64,000 nucleotides of DNA, taken from positions 1 to 64,000 of the IMG/VR virus record IMGVR_UViG_3300037264_003220; one strand, written 5' to 3'. Of this stretch, positions 57,937 through 64,000 are shown one piece after another. A program made the translations under genes and the position numbers. The stretch is from a virus. The notes below the pieces were generated by a model. The model had not been told where the DNA came from. It made no database searches and saw nothing but the letters and a program-made list of their open reading frames with translations. Position 1 is the first letter of the stretch. Each line of letters starts with the position of its first letter.

Positions 57937-58376
57937 ATGTTCGTCTCCCCCTGAAGTCCAAAACTATCAACACGAATGGGCCTTAATTCAGCATTGTCGC
58001 GGCAATAAATGATGAGAGAACAACTTTTGTCGCCAGGATGTGAGCGCTCAAATAGAGGGGCGTCGTGCATCAGACCACTCAAAAACTGCGTCAAGTCCCA
58101 ACGCTGCCCATGCAAAGCCACGCACACGTCATGGGTCGACGCGCCGCTGTCCCATTGCACGGTGTCATATCCGCGTGATTGAAGGCTTTGCAAAATCGGG
58201 CGCGACATGTCCTTGCGGTGATTGCCTGGCCCAGGCCCAGTTTGCACAGTAGGAGATTTTGGGGTCTTCTTGGGCGCGGGTGTTTGAGTTGGCGACAGCT
58301 TGCGCTTAAGCCAATTCCAAGCGTCTCCGATTCCGAGAGCTTTTCTGGTGATATTTGAGACCGTTGTCCAGCTCAT
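57933..58376 (-). CDS. MuF/gp7-like minor head protein domain
   Basis: W....S...C..L.G..W...P....HP...C resembles the MuF HP.C.C signature. Confidence 0.55.
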   Translation of the reverse strand: MSWTTVSNITRKALGIGDAWNWLKRKLSPTQTPAPKKTPKSPTVQTGPGPGNHRKDMSRPILQSLQSRGYDTVQWDSGASTHDVCVALHGQRWDLTQFLSGLMHDAPLFERSHPGDKSCSLIIYCRDNAELRPIRVDSFGLQGETNI

Positions 58377-58421
58377 TTTTATCGTCCCTCAAAAACAATC
58401 TTATAAATCAATACGTTTTTC

Positions 58422-58452
58422 ATTTATGATTCACGCAACTCAATCGTATTCT
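58422..58452 (+). promoter_or_regulatory. Phage promoter motif copy 3 (TTATGA-N17-TATTCT)
   Basis: ATTTATGattcacgcaacTCAATCGTATTCT followed by AGGAGG and ATG at 58473. Confidence 0.75.
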
Positions 58453-58472
58453 TTAAGTAGGAGGGTACAAAT

Positions 58473-58943
58473 ATGAAACCGAACAAAGTCTGGTTCCCGC
58501 AATTGGGAAAATATGTCGAAGTCAGCTACAAGCCTTTCAAATGTCAAGCATGGGAAAGCCTGCAAAACACTCATAAAAGCAGTTACTGGTCTAACTTCAA
58601 CGTCTTCGAGTTTCTGTTTCGACTTGTCGTTTTCTTGTTCGTATTCCTGCCACTCAGTTACTTCTGTCTCGCCGTTTATTTCGGCATGTTTGGTGCAAAA
58701 TGGGGCTTCATTATCATTGGCGTCGCCTACTGTCTTATCATTGCGTGCATCTTGAGCAACACCAAGCCAACGCAATTCATTCCCACTGTTGGGATGATTA
58801 TTCAAGGTACTGCTTTGTTGCCATTCCTATTCATTGGCGGATTCATCCTGGGGCAAGCCCCTTTCGGAAGTTCCACCATTGCGGGCATCGGCGCAAGCCT
58901 TGTGTCAGCATCCCCTCCAGGGAGTAAAAGCCATGACAATTAA
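58473..58943 (+). CDS. Membrane protein (3-4 TM), counter-oriented moron
   Basis: Hydrophobic segments; own promoter and RBS. Confidence 0.75.
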   Translation: MKPNKVWFPQLGKYVEVSYKPFKCQAWESLQNTHKSSYWSNFNVFEFLFRLVVFLFVFLPLSYFCLAVYFGMFGAKWGFIIIGVAYCLIIACILSNTKPTQFIPTVGMIIQGTALLPFLFIGGFILGQAPFGSSTIAGIGASLVSASPPGSKSHDN

Positions 58944-59088
58944 TCTTCTCAAAAACTTCATCCGTTACAAATTGGGGCTGTCCAAAACGTCCTTCAAGGG
59001 TCGCCGTCCCTGGCTCATCCTGTTTTGGACATGCCTCTGGCTCGACCTATCTCGATTCTTTACCCGCCATCCCTCGGAGGCTGAGTAA
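58933..59088 (+). CDS. Small protein in moron (MTINLLKNF...)
   Basis: GGGAG RBS, overlaps end of 58473-58943. Confidence 0.45.
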   Translation: MTINLLKNFIRYKLGLSKTSFKGRRPWLILFWTCLWLDLSRFFTRHPSEAE

Positions 59089-59467
59089 CCCTGTCCATTA
59101 TCTCTGAATGACCTGCCGGAGGGCTGGCGGGGTCGATGATGGGCTGATTCTTGTATTTGGGTCTCAACCTATCTCGTTCCCTGGTATATCCCTGCGCCGC
59201 GTCTTCCTCGGTGGTTGGGTCGGCGCCCATGGCTGATGGGGACTCGCCTTCACCGTCATCCGTAAAATTATCCCCAGTTTGAACCGTAGAAGGATTGGCA
59301 TCGTTCAAATCCCAACGACCAGCTTCAATATCGGCAGACGTAATGACCCAATGGGAATCAAGACCATAAACGCGGCTGCGCAGCCCGATTTTGCCGTTTT
59401 GAAGCCATTTCACAAAACCATGGCGATGCCCCACTTTGTCAATCAACCAATCCCCGACTTTAAGCAC
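59060..59467 (-). CDS. Hypothetical protein (SH3-like N-terminus, acidic tail)
   Basis: LKVGDW...G.V; AAGGAG RBS. Confidence 0.65.
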   Translation of the reverse strand: MLKVGDWLIDKVGHRHGFVKWLQNGKIGLRSRVYGLDSHWVITSADIEAGRWDLNDANPSTVQTGDNFTDDGEGESPSAMGADPTTEEDAAQGYTRERDRLRPKYKNQPIIDPASPPAGHSEIMDRVTQPPRDGG

Positions 59468-59726
59468 CAGCGGTCTCCTTTTGAGCCTTGAACGCTTTCA
59501 TTTCATCAACCGTGTCGAATCTTGGACACTTGCCCTTTACCAGTTCCTTGGTGCTGACGATGCAATGGCACACCGAACACCGCAATATGCCAATGTAAAC
59601 ACCAAACAAATCCCGCTTACTTAGCGGGCATTGGCTACACACTTCGTTTGAAACGACGAATGCCATTTTGACTCGATATTTTGAATTTCTGTCTATGTTC
59701 CAACAAATGCGGTGCGCAAAGAACAT
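59460..59726 (-). CDS. Small Zn-ribbon protein (start uncertain)
   Basis: CSVC...GKCP. Confidence 0.4.
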   Translation of the reverse strand: MFFAHRICWNIDRNSKYRVKMAFVVSNEVCSQCPLSKRDLFGVYIGILRCSVCHCIVSTKELVKGKCPRFDTVDEMKAFKAQKETAGA

Positions 59727-59859
59727 GACCTGGAGCCGCCTTCTCTTTGCACAGAGGGCATAATCCCATTCTTTTTAAACACTCGTATTGCTGTTTCGCA
59801 TTACAAGCAAAGACTGAGACTCGTCCATTCCCGTTCGGGCCGCAAGCCGTTTTTTTCAT
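59635..59859 (-). CDS. Small Zn-finger protein
   Basis: GLCPLC..A.PG...C..H; ATGA coupling. Confidence 0.55.
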   Translation of the reverse strand: MKKTACGPNGNGRVSVFACNAKQQYECLKRMGLCPLCKEKAAPGHVLCAPHLLEHRQKFKISSQNGIRRFKRSV

Positions 59860-61283
59860 CTTTTGGTAAAGTCTGTCGGAACCAAGCCTTTTTCAATGTT
59901 GCCAATAATGGCGTCAAAACACCCTTTACAGTCAAACCTGTAATGAGCCAATTTAATCAAGTCCACATCTTTCCGGCTGGCAAATTTCTTCGCCATTTCA
60001 ACGCTGACCGCGCTCACTTCGTCCTGGCTCGCAATCTTCTTCGCAAACTCCGGCTCGGCGCTGGCTCGCTTGCTGATGGATTCGATAATCGTCTTCGCCA
60101 AGTCAGCTTCAGGAACCGATGCTTCGATTTTGACTTCAGCAGTCGTCGGAGCGGCAGTTGCCGTGGTCGTCACGCAATCAAGGCATGAAGTATAAGCAGC
60201 CTGCTTCTTGGTTTTGCCTTTCTGACCCTTGAACCCAGCGTCAGCGATTTTGGCTTCCACGCATTTATCCAGGGCTTCCGCTTCTTCGCGCGTCTTGGCA
60301 ACCACGTGGATGCCTTCGTCCCGCTTCATGAATCCGCCCATGGCTTCCTTCCAGCCGCCCATTTGACGAGGTTTCACTCGGTCAAGAGTGCGGGCAATGG
60401 CGGTAATCATCTTGTCGATTCTTTCCACCATGTTATTGGAAGACTCAATCCCGATATGAGCAAGAGCCTTGCCGAACATTTCCTGGTCGACAGTCTCATT
60501 GGTGGCTTGGCAGTAAAACCCGTAGAGAGTGGCATATTCATTCGCCATCTCAGAGTAAGAAGCAAACCGCGAAGGAAGCGCTGGTTCCGCATCCTGAACT
60601 TCAGGATTTTTCAACCAAGCATTGATTTTTTCCAAGCTGGCATCCTTCTCAGTCATCTTCTTGCCTTTCTCTTTGTAATCTTCGCCGCTTACATCTGATT
60701 TATGAGTTTCAGATTTGATGGCGCCTTGGTCGCCTTCCGGCGCCTTGGTCTTTTCTTGATTGCCTTCTTCTTTATATTCCTCGCCAATCTTTTCATCTTT
60801 GGTGGTTTTCTGAGAAATAGATTTCTGGTCTCCGCTCGGTTCATCAAGAACCTTGGTCGACTCTCCATCTTTTTCCTTAAAGTCATATCCAATGGATTTA
60901 TCCGTTGTGCCTGGTTTGATATCCTTGTTGGCTACGCCAGGAGTCGCGTCGGCTTTCTTAAGCCATTTCGCTGTCATGGTCTTGCCTTCAGACATGACAT
61001 CGAGCGCCGGAGCTTCTGTGGTGGTTTTCTGCGAGATTGCTTTCTGGTCTCCTTCAGGAGCGTTGGTCTTTTCCTGGTTGTCGACGCGTTTGTATTCCGC
61101 GCCAATAGCTTCGTCCGGCTTCGTTGTTTCTTTGGGTTCTGCCTGAGTTCCTTCCGGCTCGTCCATTATTTTCGCTTTATCTTCTTCTTTAAATTCTTGC
61201 CCAATCGTTGAATCTTCCGTCCCTGGTTTAATGTCCTTGTTAGGAACGCCCGTGGTTACATCTGCTTTTTTAGACCATTGCAT
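59856..61283 (-). CDS. Charged repeat-rich head-associated/internal protein
   Basis: Duplicated W.KKAD.T.GV.NKDIKPGT block and IG..[FY]K...P.G.Q repeats; AGGAGG RBS. Confidence 0.7.
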   Translation of the reverse strand: MQWSKKADVTTGVPNKDIKPGTEDSTIGQEFKEEDKAKIMDEPEGTQAEPKETTKPDEAIGAEYKRVDNQEKTNAPEGDQKAISQKTTTEAPALDVMSEGKTMTAKWLKKADATPGVANKDIKPGTTDKSIGYDFKEKDGESTKVLDEPSGDQKSISQKTTKDEKIGEEYKEEGNQEKTKAPEGDQGAIKSETHKSDVSGEDYKEKGKKMTEKDASLEKINAWLKNPEVQDAEPALPSRFASYSEMANEYATLYGFYCQATNETVDQEMFGKALAHIGIESSNNMVERIDKMITAIARTLDRVKPRQMGGWKEAMGGFMKRDEGIHVVAKTREEAEALDKCVEAKIADAGFKGQKGKTKKQAAYTSCLDCVTTTATAAPTTAEVKIEASVPEADLAKTIIESISKRASAEPEFAKKIASQDEVSAVSVEMAKKFASRKDVDLIKLAHYRFDCKGCFDAIIGNIEKGLVPTDFTKR

Positions 61284-61382
61284 TGTGATTCCTCCTTAAA
61301 TTAACTTTATAAGTTCATTCGGCTTTTGCTCGGTGAATCACCAACGCATCCGCCATTTACGACAGAAATCTTTTCGTTTTCT

Positions 61383-62147
61383 TTATCGACCCATCGAATT
61401 AAAAATATCGAGAATGTTCGAAACGCCTCTCGACATGACGCCGCCAATACCGACGGGCAATTGCATAGTGCCGACGCTCTCGCCTTGGAACGCAAATTCA
61501 AGTTTGATAAGAGCCAGAAGGTCGTTCACTATTTTTTGCACGTTCGTCAGCGCCTGATTTATTTTGGCGCCACGGTCAATATTGAGAGACAATCCGTTGT
61601 CGCTGTAACTGAAGTCGTTGATGGAAAGCCCCAGGTATTTATTCATCAGCGTAAACAACTGAGCCAAATACATCAACATGGCTTCATACCCGCAGCAAGG
61701 GAAATTCTCAATAGTGAAGCACGTCACAGGCGGATAAATATTGAAGGCGCCAAGCGCGAAATTAAGACCGACGAGAAGCTCTTGGTCTGTAAATTGCTTC
61801 CCCGTATTTGGGTCGGCGGTCAAAACAGTTCCCAACATCTCCCTGAGCAGGTAAACGAGACGCGCTTCTTTCGGCGTCAGGTCGAGAAAGGCAGGGTTAT
61901 ATCCAGAAGCTTGATTCGCAACTGAATCAAAAAACTTAATGGTATAGAATTTATCCCTGCCATTCTCGGCTGAACTGTCGACATAAGAAGTGATAAACGC
62001 GGGCGGGCAATTCGCAATTCCAGAAGGAACCGTGGCAATCAGGAAATAAGGGTTCGCTTCTGAAGTTGACCGATAAATCTGAATCTGGTCATAATTGGCT
62101 TGACCAGCGATACTCGGCGGAATTGTCCAGTTTATCTGTGTGCTCAA
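61383..62147 (-). CDS. Head-tail adaptor/neck protein with N-terminal FN3-like domain
   Basis: I.W...IYRS...Y.D...Y.I; F.D.EL...A..FN..PP; FSYSDNGLSL..DR. Confidence 0.7.
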   Translation of the reverse strand: MSTQINWTIPPSIAGQANYDQIQIYRSTSEANPYFLIATVPSGIANCPPAFITSYVDSSAENGRDKFYTIKFFDSVANQASGYNPAFLDLTPKEARLVYLLREMLGTVLTADPNTGKQFTDQELLVGLNFALGAFNIYPPVTCFTIENFPCCGYEAMLMYLAQLFTLMNKYLGLSINDFSYSDNGLSLNIDRGAKINQALTNVQKIVNDLLALIKLEFAFQGESVGTMQLPVGIGGVMSRGVSNILDIFNSMGR

Positions 62148-62740
62148 GAAGCCTCCTCGTGGGCCGCGTCGTCAACCAATATTTCAGGAACAGAATCATC
62201 CTTCACTATAATGACCTTCCGCTTCCCTTCCTTCATTTCATCAGGGTTCATCACAACCACGGGCAAGCACATGACTCCGCCATGTTCAACCAAAGGAAGC
62301 TTGAACCATTTTCTTTTGGCAGAGGCATATCCGTACATGTGCTCATTCTTGCGGCTATCGTCCTTTTCGTAAGGCGGCAACACGCCATAGCTGTGAACCT
62401 TGATGCGAGCTTCCAATTGTTCGTCAGGAACATCGACAGAGCCGAACATAACTTTAAACCAATAGTCTTCCTGTGACGATAAGCGGTTGTCCTCGTGACG
62501 AACCAGAGCCATATCAGTTTCAGGAATTTCAATTTTAATGCCTTCGCCAGAAGCCGTCCCGTATCTCACGGGACGGTAAATGTCATTGTCTTCAACGGCG
62601 ATAGAAATGTTGTCTTTTTGATTCGGGCTTAATCCCTTGGTATCCCACAGAAGCGTGATAAGCTCCTGCGTCCGGCGATAAACTCGCAATCGAATGGGCG
62701 GCTTTTGAAGCTGTCCTTGTGTTGGCGTTGTAATTGTCAT
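62144..62740 (-). CDS. Hypothetical protein (Ig/FN3-like)
   Basis: 198 aa, AGGAG RBS. Confidence 0.6.
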   Translation of the reverse strand: MTITTPTQGQLQKPPIRLRVYRRTQELITLLWDTKGLSPNQKDNISIAVEDNDIYRPVRYGTASGEGIKIEIPETDMALVRHEDNRLSSQEDYWFKVMFGSVDVPDEQLEARIKVHSYGVLPPYEKDDSRKNEHMYGYASAKRKWFKLPLVEHGGVMCLPVVVMNPDEMKEGKRKVIIVKDDSVPEILVDDAAHEEAS

Positions 62741-62759
62741 TTCAGTTTTCTCCTAATTA

Positions 62760-64000
62760 TTAAACGATTTGAAGTTGAGCTATCCGTTGTTCAATCATCT
62801 TATGAACGGGAAGTTCATGCGGAATGTGCTCAGCCATAACCGCTAACTTTTCAACGTCATTTTCTTTCACAACAAACATCTTCTGCTCATTCAGACTCTT
62901 GGCTAAAAAATCAACAACAAACTTCGGAGCAGCCTTACTTGCTGTCGGCTTTTCCGCTTGCTTAGCGCCTTCTTTTTGCGCCTTCAGCTTTTTTTGATAA
63001 TTTTTATTCCATAGACGTTTCTTTTCGGTTTGCGACATCTCTCGCGCCGTGTGCTTAATAGCGCTTGATACCATCTCTCCCGTGGTAATTTCTTCACCGC
63101 CAAGAGGATTGGCTTTAGAGCCATTCATCACAATAGAGCTTTCGTCTATTTCAACTTCCGGCACGTCTGATGTTGCAACCGCGCGATGCAGCTTCTCGGA
63201 CACAAGCGTTTCCGAATTGACCAGCTGTCCGTCCATTACTATTTCCACTCCGCCATGCACAGGCGGTCTGCTCTTGACTTCATCAGTGGTGAAGCGCCGC
63301 CCTGAAACAGGCGTATCGACTTCGGGACGTGACGGTCTCCCCTGCATTTGGCTGGCGGGAAGGCTGGTTCGATTACGAATCACGTCATCGGCGTGCATCC
63401 TGGAATTATTCTTAACATCGAAGTTCTTTTGCTGAGCCGGAGTAACCAATCCGCGCTTCAACACTTCAGATGCTTTTAGGGTGGTGCGCTGAGCTTCAGT
63501 AGGCTGACTCACGGCATACTGGTCAACAGTGAGCATCGCGTCTTCAACGGCGTAAGCCACGCGCCCATCGGAGAGCTTGATTTGCCATCGCCCGTCGGTT
63601 CCTCTACGCCCAGATATCTTGCCGGACATATTGGATGGGCCTTTGATGTAAACAAAGTCTCCAATGTTAAATTTTGGATTTACGAACTCAGTTCCTTGGG
63701 ACGCGACCGTGCTGGCGCCGCGCTCTCCCAAATCCTGGACATCAACTCCTTCCGGCACAACGCGCCGTAACGGTGGGTTAAATTCCGGCGTGCGCGACAA
63801 AGGATTAGTCTTGCCGGACTTCTTTAAAGGAGGGAATGATTCTTCAATGTCTTCTTCTTGGGTTAAAATACCCAAATGAAAAAAGCGGCGAAGGTCGCTT
63901 GATTGGCGAACCTCGTCGGCTGAGAAACTACGGCTGACTTCACGAGGCGCAATGCTGGCGGGCCTCGAAAGGTCGTTAATAATGATTGTACTGTCGGTTG
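62760..64000 (-). CDS. Hypothetical protein, 5'-truncated by the window edge
   Basis: Frame is open from 63998 (TDSTIIINDL...SSDLRRFFHLGIL) into the 62760-63875 ORF; SH3-like FNIGDFV module. Confidence 0.7.
   Translation of the reverse strand, partial: TDSTIIINDLSRPASIAPREVSRSFSADEVRQSSDLRRFFHLGILTQEEDIEESFPPLKKSGKTNPLSRTPEFNPPLRRVVPEGVDVQDLGERGASTVASQGTEFVNPKFNIGDFVYIKGPSNMSGKISGRRGTDGRWQIKLSDGRVAYAVEDAMLTVDQYAVSQPTEAQRTTLKASEVLKRGLVTPAQQKNFDVKNNSRMHADDVIRNRTSLPASQMQGRPSRPEVDTPVSGRRFTTDEVKSRPPVHGGVEIVMDGQLVNSETLVSEKLHRAVATSDVPEVEIDESSIVMNGSKANPLGGEEITTGEMVSSAIKHTAREMSQTEKKRLWNKNYQKKLKAQKEGAKQAEKPTASKAAPKFVVDFLAKSLNEQKMFVVKENDVEKLAVMAEHIPHELPVHKMIEQRIAQLQIV

Larger units (their letters stand above)
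1..64000. mobile_element. Segment of a large myovirus-type bacteriophage genome (early region, replication helpers, lysis, tail/baseplate/neck, head-accessory genes)
   Basis: Sheath-tube-chaperone-tape measure-baseplate-fibre synteny, endolysin/holin, many homing endonucleases, no bacterial housekeeping genes. Confidence 0.96.

Noticed and set aside
58440-58805. Minus-strand 121-aa ORF
   Set aside because: Overlaps the + strand membrane gene, which has a conserved promoter and strong RBS
63880-63925. Hairpin plus T-run resembling a terminator or ncRNA
   Set aside because: Lies inside the open frame continuing from the window edge into 62760-63875, and the stem is imperfect
1-64000. Stop-codon reassignment
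   Set aside because: TAA, TGA and TAG all end genes at sensible, often coupled boundaries, and coding density is high under the standard code
1-64000. tRNA or rRNA genes
   Set aside because: None recognised by eye; intergenic gaps are mostly too short

Overview
This 64-kb window is part of the genome of a large, uncharacterised contractile-tailed (myovirus-type) phage, read with the standard genetic code and with strong GGAGG/AGGAG Shine-Dalgarno sites. Positions 1-9.3 kb (mostly minus strand) are an early/accessory region with small ORFs, HNH homing endonucleases, a DUF932 protein, an HExxH protease, a histone-fold gene and a DnaJ-type Zn-finger protein. Positions 9.4-12.6 kb (+) hold a SNF2 helicase, a DnaC/IstB-like ATPase and a NUMOD4 ORF. 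Positions 12.7-64 kb are one long minus-strand late operon. In transcription order it encodes head-associated/neck proteins, an ART-fold protein, a methyltransferase plus four GT-A glycosyltransferase domains, two Ser/Thr-rich repeat fibres, neck/terminator, sheath, tube, frameshifted tail chaperones, tape measure, baseplate, about eight fibre/receptor-binding proteins, endolysin and holin. The most interesting candidate system is a phage-encoded virion glycosylation module with an apparent acceptor motif, G-[LIMVF]-[T/S/C] (and Q-L-[S/T]), enriched in virion proteins. Thr, Ser and Cys interchange at one aligned repeat position, which hints at O-/S-glycosylation. Other highlights are a phage histone, a three-copy phage-specific promoter that also drives a counter-oriented membrane-protein moron, and homing-endonuclease insertion scars. 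All product calls come from motif recognition and synteny by eye; no database searches were run.
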